Assembly: GCA_965263065.1 (NCBI GenBank)
Contig: CBDHGH010000003.1
Location: 1,156,537 to 1,220,536, forward strand
Direction of reading: 5' to 3'
Source: Dehalococcoidia bacterium
GTDB lineage: Bacteria > Chloroflexota > Dehalococcoidia > Bin125
DNA: 64,000 bases
Position numbers and translations under genes: made by a program. Below are positions 55,065 to 64,000 of this stretch, in pieces. The notes under the pieces were generated by a model that was not told the DNA's origin, did not search any database, and saw only the letters and a program-made list of their open reading frames with translations. The first letter of the stretch is position 1. Each line of letters opens with the position of its first letter.

Positions 55065-55799
55065 TCACGAAAACAGTGCTCCCTGCCGCGTGCCCAGCGG
55101 CGTCTGCGTGGCCAGTTCCGCCTCGGGGTCGAGGGCCAGGCAATCGGGGTCGTCGTTGCGCACCGAGTTCACCCGGCGCGAGACCGCCTGCCCCACGAGC
55201 AGCGACTCCGGGGCCGGCCGCAGCAGCCCCAGCACGACCTCCGGCTCGTTGCCGGGGTACACCCACTCCGCCGCGTCGTCCGGGCTCAGGACGACCGGCA
55301 TGCGGTCGTGGATCGGCGCGACCGTGGCGTTGGCGGCGGTCGTCAGGATCGTGAACGTGCGCCGCCAGTCGTCGTCGCCCGCCCGCCACGACTCGTACAG
55401 CCCGGCCAGCAGGACCAGCCCCCCCTCGGGACGGTGGAACCAGACCGGGCGCCGCGCCGACTTGGGCCCCGTCCACTCGAAGAAGCCGTCCGCCGGCACC
55501 AGGCAGCGACGCCGCTTCTCCCACGCGGCCCGATAGGCCCGCCGCCGCGGCACGTCCTCGGCGCGCGCGTTGATCTGCGCCCCGGCCCGCTTGGCGTCGG
55601 TCGCCCAGGTGTTGACCAGCCCCCATCGGGCGGGCAGCGCCTGCCGCTCCTCCTGCCGCTCCCGCACGATGAAGTGCGGCTGCGTGGGCGCGATGTTGTA
55701 GCGCGGCCGGTACGCGATCGTCGCCAGCGCCGCCGGGTCGACGCCCAGCGCCTCCGCGACCGCTCGCACCCCGGCCGTCAGCGTGAATCGAGCGCACAT
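55065..55799 (-). CDS. yedK: SOS-response-associated peptidase (SRAP / YedK / HMCES family, abasic-site DNA-protein crosslink)
   Basis: Starts MCARF (the catalytic Cys2 signature). RYNIAPTQ, WGLV, ARAE and FFEW motifs are present. Confidence 0.85.
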   Translation of the reverse strand: MCARFTLTAGVRAVAEALGVDPAALATIAYRPRYNIAPTQPHFIVRERQEERQALPARWGLVNTWATDAKRAGAQINARAEDVPRRRAYRAAWEKRRRCLVPADGFFEWTGPKSARRPVWFHRPEGGLVLLAGLYESWRAGDDDWRRTFTILTTAANATVAPIHDRMPVVLSPDDAAEWVYPGNEPEVVLGLLRPAPESLLVGQAVSRRVNSVRNDDPDCLALDPEAELATQTPLGTRQGALFS

Positions 55800-55912
55800 A
55801 CCGGCAGTCTAGCGAGGCGTCGCGGCTTGCCACCGCCTGCGGCAGCCGCGACCATTGCCGGGCGCGCGGCCCCCGCCGGGGATCGCGGCCGCCGCCGCCC
55901 TGGAGACTGCAC

Positions 55913-56746
55913 TTGGAGGATGGGATGAACGATACCGTGCTCGTCGATCGCCGTGGCGACGGCGTCGCGCTGGTGACGCTGAATCGCCCCGAGTCGCTCA
56001 ACGCGATGAACACCGATCTGAGCGACGCCCTGCGGGCGGCCCTCGCCGATCTGGCCGCCGACCCCGCCGTGCGCTGCGTCGCGCTCACCGGCCAGGGCCG
56101 CGCCTTCTGCGCCGGCGGCGACGTCAAGTCGATGCGCGACCGCTCCATGCAGGAGGGCCTCGGCCCCGACGGCGAATACCACACGGACGTCGCGATCCGC
56201 GCCATGCAGGACCGCCAGCTCGAGACCAGCGGCCTCCTGCACACGATGCCCAAGCCCACCGTCGCGCTGGTCAACGGCTACGCCATGGGCGCCGGCTTCA
56301 GCTTCGCCCTCGCCTGCGACCTGCGCCTCTGCTCCGAGAAGGCGAAGTTCGGCATGGCCTTCCGCAACGTCGGCCTGCCCGGCGACTTCGGCGGCGCCTA
56401 CTTCCTGCCCCGCGTCGTCGGCCAGGGCCTCGCCCGCGAGATCTACTTCACCGGCGAGGTGATCGACGCCCAGCGCGCCCAGGCGATCGGCCTGGTCAAC
56501 CGCGTTTACCCCGCCGACGACTTCCTCGCCGAGGCCCTCGACTACGCCGGCCGCCTCGCGCAGGGGCCCACCAAGGCGCTCGGACGCATGAAGGCGAATC
56601 TCAACCGCTCCGGCGAGGGCGCCAGCATGGAGGAGGTGCTGATGTCCGAGGCGATCAACACGCGCATGTCGCGCCAGGACCACGATCACACCGGCGCCTT
56701 GGAAGCCTTCATCCGCGGCGACAAGCCCGTCTTCAGCGGGCGCTGA
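55913..56746 (+). CDS. enoyl-CoA hydratase/isomerase (crotonase) family protein 1
   Basis: VALVTLNRPESLNAMN...ALTGQGRAFCAGGDVK...VALVNGYAMGAGFSFALACDLRL. An alternative start (MNDTV) is at 55925. Confidence 0.85.
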   Translation: MEDGMNDTVLVDRRGDGVALVTLNRPESLNAMNTDLSDALRAALADLAADPAVRCVALTGQGRAFCAGGDVKSMRDRSMQEGLGPDGEYHTDVAIRAMQDRQLETSGLLHTMPKPTVALVNGYAMGAGFSFALACDLRLCSEKAKFGMAFRNVGLPGDFGGAYFLPRVVGQGLAREIYFTGEVIDAQRAQAIGLVNRVYPADDFLAEALDYAGRLAQGPTKALGRMKANLNRSGEGASMEEVLMSEAINTRMSRQDHDHTGALEAFIRGDKPVFSGR

Positions 56747-56788
56747 CCCCCGCCGCGCGCAGCGACCCGCGACACACCTGGAGGACCG

Positions 56789-57601
56789 ATGTCCGACTCC
56801 CCCATCCTTGTTGACACGCGTGACGACGGCGTCGCGCTGATCACGCTCAACCGCCCCGACCGGCTCAACGCCATGTCGGCCGACCTGCTGGCGCAACTCG
56901 CCGACGCGCTGCGCGCCGCCGCCGCCGACCCCGCCGTGCGCTGCGTGGCGATCACCGGCGCCGGCCGGGCCTTCTCGGCCGGCGGCGACGTCAAGGCCAT
57001 GGCCGCCGACCGCCGCGCCGTCACCTTCGGCGGCGAGACCGACGAGGAGGCGTCGGGCCTGCTGGCGCGGGCCGCCCAGAGCACCACCGGCGCGATCTAC
57101 GCCCTGCCCAAGCCCGTCGTCGCACTGGTCAACGGCGTCGTCGTGGGTGGGGCGCTGGGCCTGGTGCTGGCCTGCGACGTCCGGCTCGCCACGCGGCGGG
57201 CGCGGCTGGGGACGGCCTTCCGCAACGTCGGGCTGAGCGGCGACTTCGGCACGACCTACCTGCTGCCGCGCCTGGTCGGCTGGGGACGCGCGCGGGAGCT
57301 CTTCCTCAGCGGCGACCTGCTCGGCGCCGACGCCGCGCAGCAACTGGGCCTCGTGACCGCCGTCTACGACGACGACACGTTCCTCAGCGACGGCCTCGCC
57401 TACTGCGCCCGGCTGGCGCAGGGCCCAACCCTCGCCTTCGGCCGCATGAAGGCCAACCTCAACTTCGGCGAGGGGCACTCGCTCACCCAGGCCCTGGCGC
57501 ACGAGGCGCTGAACCAGCGCTTCAGCGCTCTCGACAGCGACCACCACGACGCCGCGGTCGCCTTCGCCAACAAGCAGGAGCCCGCCTTCCGGGGGCGATA
57601 A
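56789..57601 (+). CDS. enoyl-CoA hydratase/isomerase family protein 2
   Basis: VALITLNRPDRLNAMS...AITGAGRAFSAGGDVK...VALVNGVVVGGALGLVLACDVRL. Confidence 0.85.
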   Translation: MSDSPILVDTRDDGVALITLNRPDRLNAMSADLLAQLADALRAAAADPAVRCVAITGAGRAFSAGGDVKAMAADRRAVTFGGETDEEASGLLARAAQSTTGAIYALPKPVVALVNGVVVGGALGLVLACDVRLATRRARLGTAFRNVGLSGDFGTTYLLPRLVGWGRARELFLSGDLLGADAAQQLGLVTAVYDDDTFLSDGLAYCARLAQGPTLAFGRMKANLNFGEGHSLTQALAHEALNQRFSALDSDHHDAAVAFANKQEPAFRGR

Positions 57602-57647
57602 TCCAGTCGGGGCCGCTGAGTGACCCCGCGCAGCAAAGGAGATCGAC

Positions 57648-58535
57648 ATGGAATTCGGCAACTTCCGCGGCTTCGAGGTCAGCCTGCGCGACCCCGGCAT
57701 CGCCTGGGTGCGGTTCAACCAGCCCGAGCGGCTGAACGGCATGACCCACCACCTCAAGCGCGACCTGCGCGAGGCGCTGCTCCAGGCCCAGTTCGACGAC
57801 GCCGTGCGCGTCGTCGTCATCACGGGCTCGGGCCGCGCCTTCTCAGCCGGCGATGACATCACCGGCCGCCCGATCACCTTCGCCGACGACGCCCGGCCGC
57901 TCGTCGGCCCCATCGACAGCGGCCATCACAACCCCATGGCGACCTACTACGGCCTGCGCATGATCTCGCAGCCGCTCAACAAGGCCGTGCGGGAGTTGGA
58001 CAAGATCACCATCGCCGCGATCAACGGCGTCGCCGTGCAGACCGGGCTCTCGCTGGCCCTCGCCTGCGACTTCCGCATCGCCGCCCAGAGCGCCCGCCTG
58101 ACCAGCGGCACGCTGCGCTTCGGCCTGCTGCCCGACGAGGGCGGCCACAAGCTGATGGTGCAGCACATGGGCGTCACCAAGGCGATGGAGTTCTGCCTGC
58201 GCATGCGCTTCGCCGGCGCCCAGGAGGCGCTCGAACTCGGCATGCTGAACGAGGTCGTCCCCGACGACGAGCTCGAAGAGCGCACTATGGCGCTCGCCAC
58301 CGAGATCGCCAACGGTCCCCAGGTCGCCATGCGCCTGCTCAAGCGCACGATGTACAACGCCGACGAGATGACCTGGGACCAGGCCTGCGACGACATCGCG
58401 ACCAAAACCGCCATCGCCGACTGGGATCCCGACGCCAAGGAGGGCGGCCGCTCGTTCAAGGAGAAGCGCGCGCCCGTCTTCAACCAGCAGCTGGGCGCGG
58501 CGCGCGGCGCGCAGCCGTGGGCGTCGCCGTCGTAG
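57648..58535 (+). CDS. enoyl-CoA hydratase/isomerase family protein 3
   Basis: AWVRFNQPERLNGMT...VITGSGRAFSAGDDI...IAAINGVAVQTGLSLALACDFRI. Confidence 0.85.
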   Translation: MEFGNFRGFEVSLRDPGIAWVRFNQPERLNGMTHHLKRDLREALLQAQFDDAVRVVVITGSGRAFSAGDDITGRPITFADDARPLVGPIDSGHHNPMATYYGLRMISQPLNKAVRELDKITIAAINGVAVQTGLSLALACDFRIAAQSARLTSGTLRFGLLPDEGGHKLMVQHMGVTKAMEFCLRMRFAGAQEALELGMLNEVVPDDELEERTMALATEIANGPQVAMRLLKRTMYNADEMTWDQACDDIATKTAIADWDPDAKEGGRSFKEKRAPVFNQQLGAARGAQPWASPS

Positions 58536-59550
58536 CCTCCGCCGTCGCGATGCCCGCCGCCTCCGCCAGCAACTCGTACGAGCGGCGGCGGGCGGCCGGG
58601 TCGTGCGTGATCGTCAGCACGACGAACTCGTCCACGTCGTACGTGGCGCTCAACTCCTCCAGCCGCGCGACGCACTGCGCCGGCGAGCCATGGATCGATA
58701 GCCCCTGCATGTGCTCGATGTAGGCCAGCTCGCGCTCGGTGTAGGAGAACGTGCGGGCCGTCTGCACCGACGGGATGCCCCCGCCCATGCCGCGGTTGCT
58801 CATGATGCGCCAGCACCAGCGGCTCCAGGAGAGCGCCAGCGCCTCCTCCTCGGTCTCCGCGCAGGTCACCGAGACGCCCATGTTGGCGCGCGGCTGCGCC
58901 AGCCCCGGCGAGGGACGGAAGCGCTCGCGGTAGTTGCGGATCACCGCCTCGCCGCCCTCCGGGCTGATGAAGTGCGCGAACGAGAAGGCCCAGCCCAGCT
59001 CGGCCGCGTACGTCGCGCTCACCGTCGACGACCCAAGCAGCCACAGCTCCGGCATCCCGCTCACCTCCGGGGTGGCGCGCACGCCGCGGAACGGATGCTC
59101 GGCCGGCAGGTCGCCTGCCAAGTAGCCGTACAGGTCCATCAGCTGCTCCGGGTAGTGCTCGATGCCCAGCGCGCCCGGCCCGTGCGCCAGCGCGCGCGCG
59201 GTGCGACCGTCGCTGCCCGGCGCGCGCCCCACTCCCAGGTCGATGCGGCCGGGGTGCATCGCCTCGATCACGTGGAACGACTCCGCCACCTTGAGCGGGC
59301 TGTAGTGGCTCAGCATCACCCCGCCCGAGCCGACCCGGATGCGCTGCGTGCGCGCCGCGACCTGCGGGATCATCACCTCCGGCGCCGGGCAGGCCAGCGC
59401 CGTCGTGTTGTGGTGCTCGGCCAGCCAGTAGCGCTCGTAGCCCAGCTGGTCCGCCAACTCCGCCAGGGCGAGCGTCTCCCGGATCGCCTGCGCACCGTCG
59501 CCGCCCGCCGTGATCGGAATCTGGTCCAGGACGCTCAGTCGCATGCGCAC
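58480..59550 (-). CDS. LLM-class (luciferase-like) flavin-dependent oxidoreductase
   Basis: MRLSVLDQIP...ELADQLGYERYWLAEHH... is a TIM-barrel LLM pattern. The C-terminal 20 aa are low-complexity and overlap the convergent crotonase gene by 56 nt, so the true stop may be earlier. Confidence 0.7.
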   Translation of the reverse strand: MRMRLSVLDQIPITAGGDGAQAIRETLALAELADQLGYERYWLAEHHNTTALACPAPEVMIPQVAARTQRIRVGSGGVMLSHYSPLKVAESFHVIEAMHPGRIDLGVGRAPGSDGRTARALAHGPGALGIEHYPEQLMDLYGYLAGDLPAEHPFRGVRATPEVSGMPELWLLGSSTVSATYAAELGWAFSFAHFISPEGGEAVIRNYRERFRPSPGLAQPRANMGVSVTCAETEEEALALSWSRWCWRIMSNRGMGGGIPSVQTARTFSYTERELAYIEHMQGLSIHGSPAQCVARLEELSATYDVDEFVVLTITHDPAARRRSYELLAEAAGIATAEATTATPTAARRAPRPAAG

Positions 59551-59627
59551 AGCCTAGAGACTGCCCGCCGCCCGGTCCCGGCGCTGGCGCCCGCCCCCGC
59601 ACTCCGTACACTGCCCGGGGAGGCGCG

Positions 59628-60926
59628 ATGACCACCGAGACGCCCGACCTGGAGGCCGAACTGCACGCCGTCGCCGCCCGCAGCGGCGCGCGCTGGGGCG
59701 ACCGCGACCCCGCCGACTTCCAGAGCGCGCGCCTGCGCGGCCTGTCCGGCGGCACCATGACCGACTGGGGCCTGGCCGGCGGCGGCGTCAAGTCGAAGCG
59801 GCCGCCGATCTCCATGGCCGGCGGCATCCCCGACGCCGCCTCGCAGCCCAAGCAGGGCCTCCTGCGCGCCATGGAGCGCGCTCTCGCCGTCCCCGACGAC
59901 AGCCCACTCGTCTACGGCGGCCCCGTGGGCTACGAGCCCCTGCGGGCCGAGATCGGCAAGTACTTCGCCCGCGACCACGCCGAGATCCCCGGCGCGGACC
60001 ACTTCATCCTCACCAACGGGGCCGCCGGCGCGATCGACATGGCCGCGACGCTCCTGCTCGACCCCGGCGACGTCGTGATCTCCGAGATGCCCACCTTCGC
60101 CGGCTCGCTGCGCACCTTCCGCGGGCACGGCGTCGAGGTCGTGGGCGTGCACCTGGACGACGAGGGCATGCGGCTCGACCAGCTGGAGGCCCAGATCGCC
60201 CGCCTGCGGGCCGACGGCCGCGCGCCCAAGCTGATCTACACGATCCCCACCTACCACAACCCCACCGGCGTCACGATGTCGCTGCAGCGCCGCGTCGACC
60301 TGGTCGACCTGGCCGCCCGCGAGGGCATCCACATCCTCGAGGACACCGCCTACAACGAACTCTTCTTCACGCCCGAGCGCCCGCCCACGCTCTCGGCCGT
60401 GGCCGGCGGTCGCGGCGTGCTGCTGGCGGGCACGTTCTCGAAGGTGATCGCGACCGGACTCCGCGTCGGCTGGCTGCAGGCCGAGCCGACCCTCATCAAC
60501 CTGCTGCTGCCCGGCCGCTTCGACATGGGCAACAGCCCCCTGCTGCACCGGATGCTGCACGAGTACATGGTGAGCGGCGAGTTCGCGCCGCACGTCGCGC
60601 GCATGCGCGGCATCTACGCGGCCAAGCTCGACGCCCTCGCCAGCACCCTGCGCGACGCCGGCGAGCCCTACTTCGACTTCACGACCCCGGAGGGCGGCTT
60701 CTTCCTCTGGCTGCGCCTGCGCGACGGCCTGCGCGGTCGCGACGTGCAGCGGGCCGGCTTCGAGGAGGGCGCCATCTTCCCGCCCGGCGCCGGCTTCTAC
60801 CCCGGCGGCGACCTCGACGGCGATCCCGAGGCCGTGCGCCTAGCCTACTCCTGGACCAGCGCCGCCGACATCGCCGCCGGAGGGGAGCGCATCCTCGCCG
60901 CCTGTGCCCGCGTCGCCGGCGCCTGA
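59628..60926 (+). CDS. PLP-dependent aminotransferase, class I/II (AAT-like fold type I)
   Basis: 432 aa. TYHNPTG and the SKVIATGLRVGW region (Lys for PLP) resemble 2-aminoadipate/aromatic aminotransferase-like enzymes. Confidence 0.75.
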   Translation: MTTETPDLEAELHAVAARSGARWGDRDPADFQSARLRGLSGGTMTDWGLAGGGVKSKRPPISMAGGIPDAASQPKQGLLRAMERALAVPDDSPLVYGGPVGYEPLRAEIGKYFARDHAEIPGADHFILTNGAAGAIDMAATLLLDPGDVVISEMPTFAGSLRTFRGHGVEVVGVHLDDEGMRLDQLEAQIARLRADGRAPKLIYTIPTYHNPTGVTMSLQRRVDLVDLAAREGIHILEDTAYNELFFTPERPPTLSAVAGGRGVLLAGTFSKVIATGLRVGWLQAEPTLINLLLPGRFDMGNSPLLHRMLHEYMVSGEFAPHVARMRGIYAAKLDALASTLRDAGEPYFDFTTPEGGFFLWLRLRDGLRGRDVQRAGFEEGAIFPPGAGFYPGGDLDGDPEAVRLAYSWTSAADIAAGGERILAACARVAGA

Positions 60927-60954
60927 CTCGCCCCGTCCTCCGACCTGCCAGTCG

Positions 60955-61896
60955 TCAGGCCCGCTCCGGCCAGCGCGCCGGCGCCTGCGCGCGCAGGAAC
61001 TCCCCGATCTTCGCCATCACTTCCTGCGACTCCGGCAGCGCCGGGAAGGCCGGGAAGACGTGCGGCATCTCGGGGTAGATCTCCGCCTGCACCGTGACGC
61101 CCATCATCCGCGCCAGCGCCGCGATCCGCGTCGTGTCGTCGCGCAGCACCTCGTGGTCGCCGGCGATCAGGTACAGCGGCGGCAGGTCCTCCAGATCGGC
61201 GAACACCGTCGAGACGAGCGGGAAGCTCGGCCGCAGCGGCCCGGGCAGGATCCAGTCGATCATCCGCTCCGTCGTGGCCCGCTGCACGAGCAGATCCTCC
61301 GCGACCCGCGTCCGCCACGACTCGCCGCTGAGCGTCAGGTCGGCCCAGGGCGAGAGGAGCACGGCGGCGTCGGCCTGCCGGTCGTCCAGATCGCGGATCT
61401 TCACGAGCGTGCCCAGCGCCAGCCCGCCCCCCGCCGAATCCCCCGCGATGAAGGCGGCCTCCGCGTTCGCGGCCCCCGACGGCCCGTGCTGCGTCATCCA
61501 GGCGAAGGCCGGGACCGAGTCGCGCACCGCGGCCGGGCAGGGATGCTCGGGTGCCAGCCGGTAGTCGAGCGACAGCACCGCCATGCCCGTCGCGGCCGAC
61601 AGCCGGCTGGTCAGGTTGCGATGCGTCGCCGGGCTGCCCAGGCAGTAGCCGCCGCCGTGCAGGTAGAGGATGCGCCGCGCCGCGTCGGCACCCGGCGCGA
61701 GCACCCACTCCGCCGGCGTCTCGTCGGGCCCGCCGCCCGACGCGCCCGGCCCGGCTGCCATCACCGGCGCGATCGTCGTGCCCGCGATCGCCGGCGAGGG
61801 CGCCACCCAGGCCCGCATCTCCTCGATGCTCGCATCGGCCGGCAGTTGGTTCTCGCGCAGCCAGGTCCGCGCCCGCTCCAGCGCTTCCGACGTCAT
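60955..61896 (-). CDS. alpha/beta-hydrolase (esterase/lipase, HSL-like family)
   Basis: The HGGGY oxyanion-hole motif, GDSAGG nucleophile elbow and ...DH...HVF catalytic-triad region are present. Confidence 0.8.
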   Translation of the reverse strand: MTSEALERARTWLRENQLPADASIEEMRAWVAPSPAIAGTTIAPVMAAGPGASGGGPDETPAEWVLAPGADAARRILYLHGGGYCLGSPATHRNLTSRLSAATGMAVLSLDYRLAPEHPCPAAVRDSVPAFAWMTQHGPSGAANAEAAFIAGDSAGGGLALGTLVKIRDLDDRQADAAVLLSPWADLTLSGESWRTRVAEDLLVQRATTERMIDWILPGPLRPSFPLVSTVFADLEDLPPLYLIAGDHEVLRDDTTRIAALARMMGVTVQAEIYPEMPHVFPAFPALPESQEVMAKIGEFLRAQAPARWPERA

Positions 61897-61927
61897 CGCG
61901 CTGCCCCGCTGGCCGACGGCGGCCGGA

Positions 61928-63244
61928 TCACGTGCACATCCGTCGCACGATCTCGTACGTCAGCTCGACGCCCATGTTGAGGTTGTCGACCGTCAGGAAC
62001 TCGTCGTTGCCGTGGAAGCCGGCCGCCTCCTCGGGGCTCAGCAGGCAGGGGATGAAGCCGTAGGCCGGGATGCCCTTCGCCCGCAGGAAGCGATTGTCGG
62101 TGCCGCCGGTGCACAGGTTGGGCGCGACCACCGCGTCCTCCGACGCCTCCTTCATCACCGACTCGATCGTGCGGTAGAGCTCCGTGTCCCAGGGGATCGG
62201 CTCGGGCACATCCTGGCCCCAGTCCGTGTAGAAGCCCACCTCCACGCGCGGATCGTCGACCACTGCCGCCACCTCCTGCCGCCACGCCTCGCGATCCTGG
62301 CCGGGCAGCAGCCGGCAGTCGATCACGGCCGTGCTCTCCGCCGGGATCACGTTGGCCTTGATGCCGCTGCGGATCATCGTGATGTTGAGCGTGTTCTGGA
62401 ACGCCGCCTGCTGCCCCGGGCTGCTGCGGATCAGCGCCTCCAACTCCGCCTCCGATGCCGCAGCGGGCATCAGCCCCTCCTCCTGCAGCCGCTCGATCGT
62501 GTAGCGCGTCTCGGGGATGAATTCGAGCGGGCGTTCCCAGTCGGCCAGGCGCTGCAGCGCGCGCGTCAGATGCACCGCCGAGTTGTCGGCGTGCGGCCGG
62601 CTGCCGTGCCCCGGCGCGCCGACCGCCCGCAACTCCAGCCAGCACATCGTCTTCTCGTTCGTCGCGACGTTGAACAGTTGCACGTCCTGCTCCAGGAAGC
62701 GCGACGTGCCGGAGCCCCCCTCGCTCAGCTCGAACTCCACGTCCACCAGCTCCGGATGCCGCTCCGACAGCCACTGCATCCCCCAGACGCTGCCCGCCTC
62801 CTCGTCGGGCACGGCGCAGAACACGAGGTCGCGGCGCAGGGGCGCGCCCTGCCGCTTCAGCAGCAGCATCGTCAGCAGCTGCATCACCGCCGCGCCCTTC
62901 ATGTCCACCGCCCCCCGGCCGTAGATGCGGCCGTCCTCCACCAGCCCCTCAAAGGCCGGCTTCGTCCAGTACGACGCCTCCACCGGTACGACGTCCGTGT
63001 GATTGCACAGCATCATCGGCCGCTTGCCGCCGTCGCCGGGCAGCGTCGCCAGCAGGATGTCGCGCCCCGGCTGCGGCTCGAGGTACGTGCAGTCGAAGCC
63101 CTCCGCCGCCAGCAGGTCGCCCAGGAAGTGCGCCGCCGGCGCCTCCCGCCCCGGCGGATTCGACGTGTCGATGCGCAGGTACCGCGTCAGCACGTCGAGC
63201 GCCTCCGCGTGCACCGCCGCCCAGTCGATGGGGGAGTGGGTCAT
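61928..63244 (-). CDS. M20-family metallopeptidase (ArgE/DapE/carboxypeptidase G2-like)
   Basis: 438 aa from the ATG at 63244 (GGAGGA Shine-Dalgarno). HTDVVP, GRGAVDMKG and AVPDEE metal-binding motifs are present. Confidence 0.8.
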   Translation of the reverse strand: MTHSPIDWAAVHAEALDVLTRYLRIDTSNPPGREAPAAHFLGDLLAAEGFDCTYLEPQPGRDILLATLPGDGGKRPMMLCNHTDVVPVEASYWTKPAFEGLVEDGRIYGRGAVDMKGAAVMQLLTMLLLKRQGAPLRRDLVFCAVPDEEAGSVWGMQWLSERHPELVDVEFELSEGGSGTSRFLEQDVQLFNVATNEKTMCWLELRAVGAPGHGSRPHADNSAVHLTRALQRLADWERPLEFIPETRYTIERLQEEGLMPAAASEAELEALIRSSPGQQAAFQNTLNITMIRSGIKANVIPAESTAVIDCRLLPGQDREAWRQEVAAVVDDPRVEVGFYTDWGQDVPEPIPWDTELYRTIESVMKEASEDAVVAPNLCTGGTDNRFLRAKGIPAYGFIPCLLSPEEAAGFHGNDEFLTVDNLNMGVELTYEIVRRMCT

Positions 63245-63401
63245 GCGTCGTCCTCCACTGGCCGCTGCGGTCGGGCCGCTGCTCGCGACGCTACCACCCG
63301 CCGTGGCTGCGCGAGAGGCGGCTGCTCGGCCGGCCGCTTGTGTTTGACCGGAATTCCCGTCGACGGCTCGGGCCGTCAGGGCGCCGGCGACGTCACACGC
63401 G

Positions 63402-64000
63402 TCACGCTCTCGCCCCCACGGCCGGCAACTCATCCCACGTGCGACCATCGAGCACCCGGCCCGACGCCTTCTTCCCGCGGCGGACGCCCGCCTCGTCGTG
63501 GGCGCCCCACTGCTTGAAGAAGAACGGCACGCCCGCGGCCTCGCACTGATCCCGCACCGACGTCGCCCACGACAGCTGCATCGGTCGCGCGCCGTGGCCG
63601 CTCTCGCCGCCCACGATCACCCAAGCGATGCCCCGCAGATCGAGCTGCAGCGGGCCCAGCAGGGGCTCGCACGAGAGGAATCGCACCGCCGCCGGAACCG
63701 CGCGCAGCTCCTCGATCCGCGACGTCCAGCGCTGGTTCTCGACCGACACCCCCATCCACACGTTGTCGGGCCAGGGCAGCCGATCGGCCAGCGCCCGCAC
63801 TCGCTCCGGCCGCTTCGTCAGCACCTGGAAGACGTGCCAGTGCGCCCGCCGCATGACGTCGAATACGTCCGCGATGTACTCATCCGGCACGCCCTCGTGG
63901 AACAGGTCGCTCATGCTGTTGACGAAGATCACCCGCGGCCTCTTCCAGGCCAGCGGCTGCTGCAACCGCTCCGGGCGCAGCGTCAGGTCGAAGCCGGGCT
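63402..64000 (-). CDS. phage Gp37/Gp68-family (DUF5131) protein, 5' end beyond window
   Basis: ...RPRVIFVNSMSDLFHEGVPDEYI... matches the central conserved block of the family. The in-frame reading continues to the window edge, and the ORF-track start is only a TTG. Confidence 0.65.
   Translation of the reverse strand, partial: PGFDLTLRPERLQQPLAWKRPRVIFVNSMSDLFHEGVPDEYIADVFDVMRRAHWHVFQVLTKRPERVRALADRLPWPDNVWMGVSVENQRWTSRIEELRAVPAAVRFLSCEPLLGPLQLDLRGIAWVIVGGESGHGARPMQLSWATSVRDQCEAAGVPFFFKQWGAHDEAGVRRGKKASGRVLDGRTWDELPAVGARA

Noticed and set aside
55778-59872. 711-aa and 641-aa minus-strand ORFs over the crotonase cluster
   Set aside because: They are antisense to three strongly supported crotonase genes. 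They have no motifs and show typical GC-frame composition.

Overview
The window is 64 kb of a very GC-rich (~70-73 % overall) bacterial chromosome. It is densely coded on both strands, and every long antisense or alternate-frame ORF in the track appears to be an artefact of the GC bias. I support about 58 CDSs and found no rRNA, tRNA, CRISPR array, integrase or transposase.

Supported genes, in order through the window:
- Housekeeping and peptidases: the metK 3' end, an NADP-isocitrate-dehydrogenase-like gene, an M3 peptidase, an amidase and aminopeptidase N.
- A ~1 kb low-GC island carrying a DnaQ-like exonuclease fused to a BRCT domain.
- A split purine-biosynthesis pair: AICAR transformylase (purH) translationally coupled to a PurO-like gene.
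- A cobalamin-riboswitch-controlled btuFCD-like importer.
- cysDN, a P-type ATPase, alanine dehydrogenase and a ParDE toxin-antitoxin pair.
- A 1130-aa plant-type leucine-rich-repeat (LRR) surface protein.
- A cluster of three crotonase genes, an LLM oxidoreductase, an aminotransferase, an esterase and an M20 peptidase.

The most unusual structure is a triplicated peptide/opine-type ABC importer module (substrate-binding protein, DppB, DppC) with no ATPase gene nearby.
- Each substrate-binding protein is a Tat lipoprotein with a ~250-330 residue poly-Ala/acidic low-complexity stalk between the lipid anchor and the binding domain.
- Two of the three operons are a recent ~5 kb segmental duplication sharing a nearly identical structured 5' leader.
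- In one copy a PhyH-type Fe/2OG dioxygenase gene sits where the other copy has a cluster of GC-rich palindromic (REP-like) hairpin repeats.
- A 20-nt homopolymeric C/G tract lies at the upstream edge of one promoter.
- The same acidic/Ala-rich stalk design recurs in a DUF3179 lipoprotein and the LRR protein, which suggests a lineage-specific way of spacing envelope proteins away from the membrane.
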